Below are positions 15,001 through 27,294 of a stretch of 64,000 nt of DNA, in pieces. The stretch is taken from NCBI RefSeq assembly GCF_000315625.1, contig NW_005434615.1:130852-194851 (forward strand). Reading direction: 5' to 3'. Under the pieces are notes generated by a model. That model made no database searches. It was not told the origin of the DNA and saw only the letters and a program-made list of their open reading frames with translations. The first letter of the stretch is position 1, and each line of letters begins with the position of its first letter. Source of the DNA: Guillardia theta CCMP2712 (lineage: Eukaryota > Protista > Cryptophyta). A program made the translations under genes and the position numbers.

Positions 15001-18000
15001 CTATCGTCATTCGGAGACAGTCCATGATAGTCCTTCCCCGGCATGGAATCCTGAGTGAGAATGGTATCAAGATCAAATTGGATGCCCGATATGGTTCTGC
15101 CGATTCGCGAACAATCCAGACCGTGCAGAAAGTTGGGTTCTTAAACCACACTACGATTTCATTCTACCCAGCAAAAGCCTCTACTAACAGTGATGTCTTG
15201 ATCGAATTCACTCCTTTCATGGCTTTGTTCCCCAGCGATATGATTGTAATGGAACTTCCAGATTTTGTAGGAGACGAAAGTCTGATTTCTTTGACTACTC
15301 ATGGGCTTGTCTCAGGCTTTCAGTGGTTGCAACTTTCGCAGACCTTGTCGTTCACAGTTTCGAGCGAGGTGGCACCTTTTACCCGAATTTCAGTGAATAT
15401 TTCCAAAGGTTTTGTTCTGCCTGCAAGAGGAGTGCGACTGAAAGAGAAGGTGACGATCAAATGCTATGCGAGAACAGGCAACACAGCTGCAGAACGACTT
15501 GACGTCATTCAGGCTGTCGGAGCAGCCAAGTCTACAAGTTTGGCATTTTCACAAATAGTTGAGGGGGTTTCAACGTCAATCTACGTCACTATCACCACCT
15601 TCATGAAAGTAACACCGGGCGACAGAATCAAACTTACCCTTCCGAACTTGCATTTGTCCGATGGTAATGCTCAAGCAGCCATCTATTCAAGAGTTTTGAT
15701 TCAAGGAGAGCTAGTTGATAGAGTTGTCAGCAAAAACAAGACAGTGATCAAATACGTCAATCGTTCGTTACCTTCAGACAACAGGTGTGTTGTTGTACCA
15801 ACAGAAGTGAACAGCAGCGAAACAGTCTATCTTACAGAGCAATTTCAAACTAGCGACAGAATTGAAGAATATACGACCTACTTGCAGAACTTGTCCGTTG
15901 TGAATGACGTATTGACGCTGATCTTCCCATTTGCATATGCTCCAAATACAAGCTTTGAGATCAACATTACTGGTTTCCTGTTTCCTGGCGGCAAAACATA
16001 TGACCGGAACGCGTTTGCGTATGAGATGCAATGCAAAGAGGGACCAATTCCATCTACAACGTTCGAATCTGTCCCATACGTAGGTTATTTTACGAAGGCT
16101 AACATGACTTTCTACAACGGAATAGCAGGAAAAATCAGTAATGCTGCGCTACAACTTCAAGCAAGCATGACTCTGAGGAAGTCAGAAACCCTTTTGATTT
16201 ACCTCCCTGGATTTGCAGGTGATTCAAGGGCAGATGTCGACGTTTTGCTTGCTTCTTCTTTCAAGGTCAGACTGCTCGGATGGAACAATCAAACTGAGAC
16301 GCTCTCTCTCACAATGGCCGACGACGTGCTTGCTCTTGAATCCTTTGCTTTGGACATCATGTCAATATTGCGGTTGCCGATCGAAGGAATTCGCGTCGGC
16401 GAAACTCGATTTAAAATCTCAACAGATGCATTAGCAGGAGCAGTGTCGTTACAAACGGTAACATTGCAGGCAGTCGGATCCCTGAATAACAGCGAAGTGA
16501 TGGTCATTGATCCCCCGATATCTTCCACGTATGTTAGCGTCAACGTCTCCTTCACAGCCTTGATGAAAATCTCTAAGGATTCCAAAATGACGATCCGATT
16601 GGATCAGTTCAAGTTGGATGCTGCTAAGTCTGTTAACTTACCATTCTATGGAACTTTGTTCGATACCGTGCAATGGGATAGACAAAGCTCATCGTTGTCT
16701 ACAGTCTTTAAGAATGTCGTTGAGATCAGGTCAAAAGTCTTTCTAAGCATTCCACTGATGGCAGGCATTTTCAGTCCGATTGCAGGACTCACAGAGAATA
16801 AGGGAATACAGATGTCCATTGAAGCCAACCCCTATGGAAACTTGCTTCCAACCTCATTCGGGACATTCAATCGTTTCGGATCGTTTTATTCATCTCCAGC
16901 CTTGAAGTTTTGGCCTGCCACACCTGGAAATGCAGTCTACTTAGAAATATTCTTTGTTGCGTCCATGGACATCGTTGCCGATGAGCTTGTACTGATTCGA
17001 TTGCCTGAATTCACTGGAGGCTATCATTCTGAAAGTGACATCTCGGATGAGTGGCAGGTGATGTGGACCGGCACCCAAGATTTAATCAGAAATGGCCGAG
17101 GAATACCTAGTTTTACTGTGGCTCTCGTTGCAAAGAGTTTCATTACCAAAGATAGAACTGTAAGTCTTGTCATTCCTCAGAGTTTTGGAATCAGACTGCC
17201 AAAGTATGGTGTTTCATCTGACTATTCACAATTCTTCATCTCTTCAGATGCTGTTGCTGGCCCCATCCTACCGTTTCGAATCACCAACTTCACACCCATA
17301 GGATCATTCCTGTCAGGCCCTCACCTGGAATTCAGCTCTCCTTGCCGAGCTGGAGAATCTTGTGAGCTGCACATCTCATTTCAAACTACCATGAACTTCA
17401 CTGAATGGGATGTCATCCAATTTGTGCTCGCTGATTTGAAGTCTGATGTTGGCGATGGTAATGTAACTGAACATTGTGATGTGATTGTTCAGAACGTGTC
17501 CAAGAGAGATCATGTCGACATTGAGTGGAAATCTCTCAACTCCACAATTCTGATCGTGTTTAAAGCATCAATACCATCACGGAGTAAGATTGAATTCGTA
17601 ATTTTCAAGTCTATGCATCTCAATTTACCATTGCAAGGCGTGCGTAGGAATGACGTGACATACTTGGTCACAACAAATGCTAGCCTTGGCCCAATCTCAC
17701 TCATCCCTTTTGCGAGTGTGAATCCGATAGGTTCTTTCATGCTTTCAACGAAAATGAAGTTCTATCCGCCTGTTCGGCCTGGATTTCCGGCTGAAATGGA
17801 GTTGAATCTGGAAAACTTTATGAGCTTTCAGGCTGGAGATTCTTTGTTCTTGCATCTACAAGGATTCTTTCAGCAGGTATCAGGTTACAACATTGAGGTC
17901 ACGAGCAACCCAACAAATCTTCTGGCTAGCGTTAAATGGATAGCGGATGCAGAGCTTTTACAACTCATATTCCAGCAGGCTGTATCAAGAAACACAAAGC

Positions 18001-21000
18001 TTTCGTTCGTCGTTGCTCGCGATTCTGGTCTATGTATACCGTATGTTGGTGTGAGGAGCAATGACACAAAGGTAGAAATCAGCTCGGACGCATTCGATGG
18101 TCCTGTCAGTCCCACACATCTGATATCTGTTGAGCCTGTCGGTTCATTCACCAACACTTCCATGATTCATTTTGATCCTGCGGTTGTTGATCAGGTGTCG
18201 AATATCTCAGTTAGTTTCCAGGCTCAAATGGAATTGATCCCAGGCGATCAAATTGTTATTACTCTGAACGGATTCAATCTCTCCCGTGCTCAAAATCGTA
18301 CTTATCTTAATGACAAGTTTAAGATAATCATTTCAAACCAGAAGGTTGCTGCTGAAGTTCTTGAAAGCATTCAAGCTCTCACGGAAGTGAACTTTGTTTT
18401 GAGCTCAGAGCTTGAAATCAGGTTGCCTATCGTTGGAGTAGAGAGAGAACGCTGTTGCATGGCAGATATGCTCTGCTGCATCTTGATTGGAACAGACGCT
18501 AGATACGGCCCAATGTCTGACTTGCCTGTGTATTATCAGCAGCCCGTCGGTTCATTCAAAGACAGCACCGAAGTAGAATTCTTCCCACCTATAATAGGCA
18601 AGTTGGACAGTATCGCGATCCGCTTCACGACAATCATGGCAATCTATACAACAGAGACCATCACAATCTCGTTGCCGAGTGTGACATGTTTAGATGTCAC
18701 CTGTATCTCAGGAGTCGAGAAAACCAGCCAGGCCACTTTTTCATGGAGTAATGATACATCCGTGTTGACCTTGACCTTGTCGAAAGACATACCAGAGAAT
18801 AGAAAGACCAACATGAATCTCCCTGCCAATTTTGTATTGCTGCAGACTGGAAATAAGTGCGATAACTCAGAGATTCGAATCTCCACACAAGCTCGAAAAG
18901 GCCAAGTTCTTCATGAGAGGGTCAAGTCTCCGGGAATCTTGACATCGGGTGAACTGCAAAGCACAGCTCTTAGGTATGGAAAGGCTGAAGCTGGCACCAA
19001 TACTGCACTCTACCTGCAGTTTGTTAGCACAGTAACCATCTACCCAGGCACGAACCTCACCCTCCGACTGCCTCGCTTCTTTTTGACGAATTCGTCCCAA
19101 TACTCCAGCGATTGGAAAATACTAGAAGAGGCTAACAGCAACGGAGTCGTGGTGTATTTGAACGCGCAGAGAATCATCTCGGCGTGTGAGTTGGTGGAGG
19201 TAACTATTCCTGAAGGGGTTGGGATTGTCCTTCCCATCTATGGACTCATAAAGAACTTTCCTGGCCTGACCGTCTCATCTGATGCTGTTTCTGGCGCTGC
19301 TCTCGAGACTTCCATAGAAGACTCGCCAGCTTTTGGAGCCTTCTTTGAGGTGCCGACACTTCGATTTGAGAACAACAGCTCTCCCGTCCGAGCTGGATCA
19401 ATTGCTAACATTTTCTTGACGTTCAATCTTGTCGCCACTGTCCCAATGGGTACAAAGATTATCTTGACACTGCCAGACTTTGGTGGAAACGAATCTAGAG
19501 GAAAGACTAGCACTCCTGGATTGTATGCCTCTTTGAATTGGACAAGACCCCAATTGACAATTACTCCTATGGAAGACGTTTTGAACAACACTAGGGTTGA
19601 AATCATAATACCACGAAGCATGGGGATCTCGCTCCCCGTGAATGGAGTCCGTAGGAATGATGCAAGGTTTGCAATGTCGATACTCTCGGAACAAGCTCCG
19701 ATCGATCATGTGCAGCTGTCAATCGGTCAGCCTGTGGGATCATTCAGAACAAACAACTTGCAACCAAGTTTGTCCTTCAACCCACCGATAGCTGGAAGAT
19801 TGAGCACCATTACCGTGTCCTTGTTCCCACAGATGGAGATGCGTTCAGAAGACAAAATCACCATTTTATTTCCAATGTTTGGTTACGGTAACCAGGTACA
19901 ATTGAGGGTCTCCTCAACGCCAGAAAATGTTATTGGCAAATTCAATACTTCTACTGCGATGATCAATGGAGAGCAAACGATTCTACTGGACCTCACAACC
20001 TCTAGGACGATTGCTGCTGAGAGCAAACTCATCTTGTATGTTGAGGGATTGACGATACCCGACCGAGGAGTCAGAAAATATGATGTTACAATCCAGATCG
20101 AAACGGATTCGAATCAGGGCCCGATCCCTCCAACTCCATTTCCAGTCGTCCAACCAGTCGGCGCATTCAGAACCAAGCAAATGCTTCTGACTTCATTCCA
20201 AGTTGGAAAACCGACAAGCGTGATCCTCATCCTGTCGCCCTGGATGGAAATTCAATTCGGAGAAACAGTCTCGATTCGCATGCCGGGCTTCTCCTGCATT
20301 GGCCAAGGACAGATCGATCTAACCATAATATCGGAGCGACCGGGAATGAGGGGGCCGTATGTGATATCTGCGTGGACCTCGTCGATGAGCACGCTGTCAA
20401 TTACATTCAAGGAACCGATCAATGCCATGGATGACATGGTCTTCAGGATTTCAGGCTCTAATTGTCTCATTATCCCTGAATTCGGTGTGCCGAGCTTGAG
20501 CGGACGTGCTAACCTGTCAAAGAAGTACGATGTCAGCATGCCAACCAACATCTCTGACCTCATGACAATCAGTACCGAGGCGAGCTTCGGACCCGTGCTT
20601 CCAACGATCCTACAGGACGTTCTGTCTCCCGTTGGCTTCTTCAAGATGACAAGAATTCTGTTCAACGAAGGACTTCCTATCAGGGCGGGACAACCTTCCT
20701 CGATCGCGTTCGAGTACATTCCTGGAATGTGGTTGTTCCCAACTGACAACGTAGCTTGAGAATGCCAGGATTTCGATTCGGCATGAATGAATTCAATGTG
20801 ACATGGGAACAGTTGCGTGCGAACATCAGTGCTACTTGGAGCAGCAACGATTTCACTCTGACGATGAGAGTGCCGGGCATAGTCGAGGCTGGGACGACAG
20901 TCAGAATCTCTATGCCGCTCAGTGTTGGAGGTGTCAATCCGGACGTTGGAATCAGACTCAATGACCCTAACTTTCAGATTTCTGCGAATGCTGTTGACGG

Positions 21001-24000
21001 GAAGGTCTCATCTTTTGTTGTCGGCAGTGTGCAACCTGTGGGTTCATTCTTAAACACTGCAAGACTAGGCTACTTGTATGAGAGTGTCAACCAAGGCAAA
21101 GCAAACGCGGTCAACGCTTTACTCTTGTCTTTCACGCCATACATGAACATCCTCAAGAGCGAGAATGTGTTCTTGCAGCTGCCTGGCTTTTACGCTGCGG
21201 ATGTAGATAACTTTCCATTGCAGTCTCACAATCTTGACACAGGACGATTGTTTGCGTCCTGGATGCAAGTAACCCAAACGCTCACCATCTCCTTTCATCA
21301 GGATGTGCCGGCAAACTTCACAGTTATCATCTTGATCCCTACGAACATGGAAATCCGTCTGCCACCTGCGGGATTGACCTTGAACCAGAAGTCGCTGATG
21401 ATTGGGTCCAATGCAAGACTCGGCCCCGTCCCCTTGACTTCAATCCCCAGCTCAGCTGCTGTAGGAAGTTTTGCTTACTCAAAGATTTCCATCACGCTTG
21501 ATTGCAATCAGAACTTGTTGGCCGATATCAATGTAAGTTTTGCCATGAGAAATGAGATCCGAAAGTACGAGCTGGTCACCATCAGATTGCCACATTTCTC
21601 ATGGGATAAAAATTCCTCCTTTGTGCCTGTCGCGAACGGTGGACTTGGACCCATTGCAACAGTACAAATTTCACAGACAAGTGATAATGTTGACATTGTG
21701 CTTGCTTTCACGGCGAACATACAAAGCGACGTTCATTTGTTGCTTCCAAAACAAGCTGGAATTTCGATTCCGATCGGAGGAGTCGATAAGAATGATCAGA
21801 GTCTGACAATCTCATCCAATGCAGCGTCGGGACCTGTTCTTCCAACTTCATTCCAAGAAGTCACGCCAGTGGCCGCTCAGATCAATGCGATCGTAAGTTG
21901 GAAGCGAAGCTGCCCCGGAGACGATCTGATTATGAACTTGACTTTGAGTGTCGGTTATGGACTCATTGCTGGTGATGTCATCATCTTGAAGTTGGGCACG
22001 AAGTCAGACTCACCGAATGTGCTAGAAGAGCAATTCGAATCGAGAGATCTGCAGTCCATCCTCTGGGAGGGATCAACAGGAACTCTTCGACTCACCGTTG
22101 GCAAAACCATTTCCAAATCGTCTTGGATAAGTACAGGCTCTCTGCCGTTCCTCCTCAAACCCTCCGACTTGGGCAATGCCACCAACGGGACTCTCAGCCT
22201 GTCAATCGCCTCAGCAGAGGGATCAGTCTGCCCCATCGAGGGACGGGCTTGGCAGATACCAGCGGAGTGTCCTAAAGTATCAGCAGCTCAGATGGTCCCC
22301 TCGGTGTCGTTCACGTTGGATACGCCGGTAGCCGGCCTGACGTCAAACTTCTCCGTCCGGTTTCAGTTAGCTTTCAATCTTAGCGCGGGCTCGAAGATCA
22401 TGCTGAACTTGAAGTCGCCGTCTCTTAGCGACCAACGGCAGCCGTACACGCCAACATGCACGAGTGAACAACTTCCGTGTGTGTTGAGCCCCATAACATT
22501 TGTAAGTTCCACCGAGTTGTACTTCATGAACAGCCTACAATTAGAACCCGAGGTCGACTATCTGATTCACTTCCAACAGTCTCCAGTTCTCATCCCTGCG
22601 GAGGGATTGTATACCAACTCGACTTCGGTTTCCATCAGGTTCGAGGGCAACGAGTTCTCGTACCAGGTGGACATCAAGCCCATCTCGCCCATCGGAAGAT
22701 TCTTGTCTAGCAACCTCTCAACGAGCCCAAGAATTCCAAGCTCGAATGCAGCCATCATGCTTTCCTTCATTTATGATCGAAGCTTGCAGAAAGGGGATGC
22801 TGTTGAATTCTTACTGCCAGGTTTTGTTGGGAAGACTCAAACAATTCAGAATGGCCAATCAGCCATCGTTGACAGCTACTGGAGCGATGAGACGAAGGTG
22901 CTGTCTGCCGTGTTCAAACAAGGTTGGTCAGCAAAGGCTGTCTTCACCCTCGAAGTCCTCGCTGCCAACGGACTCATCACCCCGGCGCAGGGCTTGCCTC
23001 AGAATGATAAGAACCTTCTAGTGAGTACCAATGCGTCGGAGGGGCCAGTGAGATGGACTCCAATCCTCCATGCCGAAGCGATCTTGGCCTACAAGTGTCA
23101 GCGTGTTGCTCTTCAAGTTCCTGGCGGATACTGCCAGGGCGACTACTCGCTGCGAGTTTGTGCGACAAACACCCTGCAGGCGCAAGCGTACGCGAACATG
23201 GTGATAAGCGAACAGCTCTCGACGACAACTGCAGCTTCTTGCAATCGGACTGGTCAGTCACTTTGTGCAACCTTTCCTGGAGGTAAATTCACTGGAGTGA
23301 GCAAGGACGCTTGTTGCCAGATACTGGGCGTTGAGATGTTCTCTACATGTGAGACGGACAGTAACTGCAGAATAGACACTTCTTATGGAACTTTGCAGAA
23401 CCTGCAGATCCCCAAGACTTCTTCTACCTGCTGCAACTACTGCAACGACGTATTGGCTGGAACGTCGAGCCACAGGCTGTGCGTTGCCGATCAAGCGTAC
23501 GTGGCAGAGAGCTGCAGCTCCTCGCTTCCAAGAATCACTCCGTTCCAACAAAGCGCCACCTGCTCCACCTCAGCTTGCTCAGGATACTCGCTGGGCTTTG
23601 TTGAGAGCGTGATTGACCCGACGGCGGGCGGGCAGGTATTGACGGCAGACAACATCGGTATGTCTGTGCCCCCCAATGTCTGGCCTCCAGATGCTGGCCC
23701 AGCGTCCGTCACTCTGATCACTGAAACTTCCCCTGCTTCCCCGGGACAAATCGCCGCTGGTCCGGCCGTCTTCTTCGGGCCGACGGGCCTCAAGTTCCCG
23801 GAGCCCGGGGTGAACTTGTCGCTGCCGATCAACCTCCAGTCGCTTCCTGCGGGAACCTCGCTCGCTAACCTGAGAGTCTTCAAGTTGGTGAACGGAACCT
23901 GGACGTTGCATCCCTTCGGACTGGCCGGGAGCCTCGAGACTGGGGTGCTCTCAGTGAAAACTCTCAGTTTCTCTCAGTACCAGATCCAAGTGGTGCAGGC

Positions 24001-24811
24001 GGTAGTCGGACCGCAGACCACCGAGAGCGCGACGCAGACAACAAGTGGACAGGAGTCCAGCACAACGCCAAGTGTGCAGGTGACCAACGGTGTCGTGTTC
24101 ACCACCCCCGTTCAACCAGCCGCCAAGAGCTCGTTCTTCACTGTGTTGAACATTTCGCTGCTCGTCGGCATCATCGGCGGAGTTCTCCTGGTCTTGGTCT
24201 GCTGCCTTGCAAGGCGTGTGTGGCTCAAGTCGAGATCTTTGAAGAGAGCAGGACTCCATGAGACCCTGCTGGACTCGCACAGCACCACCAGCTCCGAAGG
24301 CTCGACCCCACCAGCCAAGCCGACAGAGCAGGTGGAGAAAGAGAAGGAGCCGGCCAAGGTTTCGAAAGAAACCAAGAAGCCAGAAGTGCCTGTGGAGGTG
24401 AAGAAGCAGGACATGTCGTTCTTGAGACCAGCATTGCAAGAGATACAGTCCACGGTGCAGGTCCAGTCTTCGCTCGTGATGGGTGATGGCACAATTCCAC
24501 CCTCCATCTCGGACTCTCTGGACATTGAAGAAAGGTTGAACCAGAAGTTTTCGTTGTATCCAGACATCAATGCCCGGATACAAGCAGAGGCTGACTTGGT
24601 CATCATAGACGACAGGTATTGTGAACACTTTCACCTCTTTATTCCTGACTTTCACTGCAGTCCGCCTCCTTCCCCCGTTGCCAGCGTGACCAAGAAACGC
24701 CCGACATTGAACGAAGAGACTTTGATGTCGCAAGACGACATAATGGGCGAGGCAAAGAAGCGCCCGACTCTCAACGAAGATACTTTAACTTCACAAGATC
24801 AGATCATGTGA
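2..24811 (+). CDS. Giant (>8,200 aa, 5'-partial) type-I membrane protein: ~50 tandem ~130-aa beta-rich repeats, S/T mucin stretch, Cys-rich region, ZU5-like domain, TM helix, cytoplasmic tail
   Basis: The frame is open from base 2. ORFs 62..10639, 10679..12721, 12756..20759 and 20756..24811 share one repeat motif (LP..G...N...L.ISS.A..GPV.PT.F..V.PVG.F...L.F.P..AG....L.F...M.L..GD.I.L.LPGF). They are joined by GT-AG introns 10607..10651 (45 nt, phase 0, branch TTCTAAC) and 12714..12762 (49 nt, phase 1), both restoring frame. There is a 1-nt frameshift at ~20756 and a probable in-frame intron at 24616..24660. TM helix ISLLVGIIGGVLLVLVCCLA lies at ~24150-24210, followed by RR. Confidence 0.85.
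653..1659 (+). repeat. Copy 1 of a 1,007-bp near-identical intragenic duplication
   Basis: Matches 3080..4086 (offset 2427 = 809 codons). The only difference I spotted is a synonymous GGA/GGG. Confidence 0.95.
3080..4086 (+). repeat. Copy 2 of the 1,007-bp intragenic duplication
   Basis: Same sequence as 653..1659 (ASWNSSSYLL...STEARLGP). Confidence 0.95.
5745..6170 (+). repeat. Coding minisatellite: three 135-138 bp units encoding 45-46 aa Ser/Thr-rich mucin-like repeats
   Basis: CTCCACTGCAGCC recurs at 5761, 5896 and 6034. Peptide STAALTSGTTSAATLFENTTTPISETEMLVTGTE occurs three times (one substitution in copy 3). Confidence 0.95.
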
Positions 24812-24903
24812 GGAAATAGAAAAACTTTCAAGTTATGATTCAATAAAATCGGAATCAAATATCGCTGTGATCGTACATTGCAATGTATGTCAGATCCCAC
24901 TCT

Positions 24904-25876
24904 TCACAAAGTCGAACCCCATAAACACTCGCAGGGCAACGAGCCTCCGATCGAAGTCATGACTTGTGAAGTCTCCATCTGCCTGCCCAAGGATCTCCAT
25001 GAGCACATCCATGTCCTTGAAAAGTCACGATAAGTTCCAGACTCGGATCGGAACTTCACAGGATCACCGACCTGATATGCTGAGATGCGATGTAAACCTT
25101 CTTCCATGTCTGCCATGAGCACTTTGTCGGATTCTTGAGAACCCTTACGTAGCATATTAGCCGGAGCAAACAGACGGAAGCTCGCACCTCGTAGTGTGCG
25201 GCTACCATCCTGTTCAAGATGTCGTTGTAATAGTCCGAGCCTTGCCAAGCTGCAAGACGTCTCAATGACGGACATGATAACGATGACGATGATTGTAGTT
25301 TGTTCCACCTTCACGGTTGGCTCGTTGCCACAAAAGTCCGAGCACGACTTTGACATCTTCCCACTCTACGCTCTGTCCGTTGACCAAGTTTCTCAACCAA
25401 TCCATTCTAGAATTCTTTCAGAAAATAGCGAAAAAGTCAATGGGGAGAAACAAGTAAGATGGCATCAACCTCGTCAAACAACTTCGTCCTGAGCTGAAAG
25501 GCCAAGTCATGCGCATCTCCTTGGGAGTAACCCCATCTTCATGCCAGATGTTACTAACGACTCCAATAATCAAGACAGAATCAGACCTCCATGTCGGACT
25601 ATCCCATCTGCCCATTCTGATCTGCAAACACTTTCCTTGCACACTTCTTCTTGATGAACAGAAACCTGACAAAGTGTTCAATGGAACTATGTCACAGTAC
25701 CAACCAACCCTTCAGATCATTCTCTCATCTGCTTTCATCTGCATCCTTCCATTCTCTTCTTCTCTTCTTCTCACTCTTCCGCTTCTCATCTCACCCAATC
25801 TTCCCGGCATGACGAAACCTGCGGCCAAGTGCACGAGACAAGCCATGAGCCCCACCAGTCGAACCATGGTTCGCAT
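24904..25876 (-). CDS. Multi-exon hypothetical protein with a putative bipartite plastid-targeting presequence
   Basis: ATG at 25876 gives MRTMVRLVGLMACLVHLAAG-FVMPGR (signal peptide, Phe at +1). After an intron comes the Arg/Ser-rich transit-like GFCSSRRSVQGKCLQIRM. Downstream exons fall in ORFs 25056..25265 and 24904..25356. Exon structure is approximate. Confidence 0.5.
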
Positions 25877-25943
25877 CTCCTGGGTCGCACTGCAAGCCGA
25901 GTCTGCCTCAGTATCAAGTAGTGTAAAGTGATGCAGAGCCGTT

Positions 25944-26848
25944 TTATTGAAACAATACTAGCATGATGAAAAAATCAAGAGCACCGCAAACAAGATCAAC
26001 AAGAAAGTGAGAGTTTGCTTGGAATCCTCTGTTAATGTCCTCTTGAATAACGAGTCTGCACCTTCGAAAAGATTCGATCATGGCATTGCCTTACACTTTC
26101 AGAGTACAAGCCAGCCCTGAGATCTGATTCCAAGATCATCCTTCTGCCCTGTGCGGTACAATGACTCCAAGCCGCGCTTGTGATTTCTTTGATGAAGAGT
26201 TCACAGGTGTGAGCCAGGACAATGGGAGACTCTCCTGCAACCATCTGGCAAAAAGGTAGTGAAATCAGATTGGGAGGTTTCACACGGTACCAGTGTTGTA
26301 CCTGCACTTGTGGGGAGCATTTCATTATCTTCTTGATTCTTGCCAATGGAAGCTTTGAAAAATTTGAATAACTGTCATCGGCGCTGATCTGTTGAGCCCA
26401 GCTCTTCGGCGTCATATCTGCGCTGTCTTGAATCTGCGCATGTTCGCATGGCAGCGGCATGGATTCTCGCGAGACCTCTTCAAAGGCGCAGACTTTTGCA
26501 GATGAGTTGCCATTTGCTTCTGCTTCACTGAATGAATCGCCGAAGTCCTCAGGAACGTGTGAATGGTTATCATCGATTGTCGGCATTGTGCCATCCTCCG
26601 TTTCGTTTTCGGCAAGGTATGGAATGATGTCGAGGCCTTCTTGGAACATCCCTTCTTCTACATCAGATCCGAAGGAGGTCGAAAGCTGTTCGCCGGACAA
26701 CGAAGCAGGAGAGGATGGCATGGATAAATTGCCACTCTCCAAGAAGCAGATGGAATCATCATAGTCGTCAACCTGCTATGAAACCATCAATCTCGATTTG
26801 TAGAATGTACATTCATCGTCAACCGACCTGCACGAAAGGAGACAACAT
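25944..26848 (-). CDS. NFYC: NF-YC/HAP5-like histone-fold transcription factor subunit
   Basis: KLPLARIKKIMK..., then (57-nt intron 26245..26301) MVAGESPIVLAHTCELFIKEITSAAWSHCTAQGRRMILESDL, and a downstream exon HFLVDLV. These match the NF-YC LPLARIKKIMK...FLIDIV pattern. The N-terminus is acidic, with the probable ATG at 26848. It may be a DRAP1/CHRAC-type paralog. Confidence 0.75.
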
Positions 26849-27294
26849 GAAGGAAGAAAGAGAAAGGTATCGATGTAGCCGAAGGGTGCAGCAAGGTTGT
26901 AGGGAGCGTAGGGCAAGGGCGGCGTCCGACCAGCCTCTCCGTCCCTCTTGAGGGAATGTGGCGGCACAAGGCGGTCAGACGGCCCTCCCCCCGGGCTCCA
27001 GCGGCTAAAAGTTTCTCTGAATTTCTTTGACCAAATTTCAAATTTCAAGTATGCAATCAATATATTTTGAACTGGTAGAGCAAGGGCAGTCAATCGCTGA
27101 GATCGGATTCGGCGGGGGAAAGTCAAATGGAACCACACGAGGCGCTTCTCTGTCACTATCAGCCTAGCAGGGTGGGGTGGGAGCCGGGAAGAAGGACGGG
27201 TATTACCCTGAACAGTTCAGTTCTCCGGTATCTGTTTGACGGACTCTCACTTTACAAGGCCCTAGTAAAGTAATAATGATAGTGATGTAGCCTG

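Noticed and set aside
910-24733. Numerous antisense and alternate-frame ORFs within the giant gene (e.g. 13535..14374, 23951..24733)
   Set aside because: Shadow ORFs of a long CDS with no recognisable motifs.
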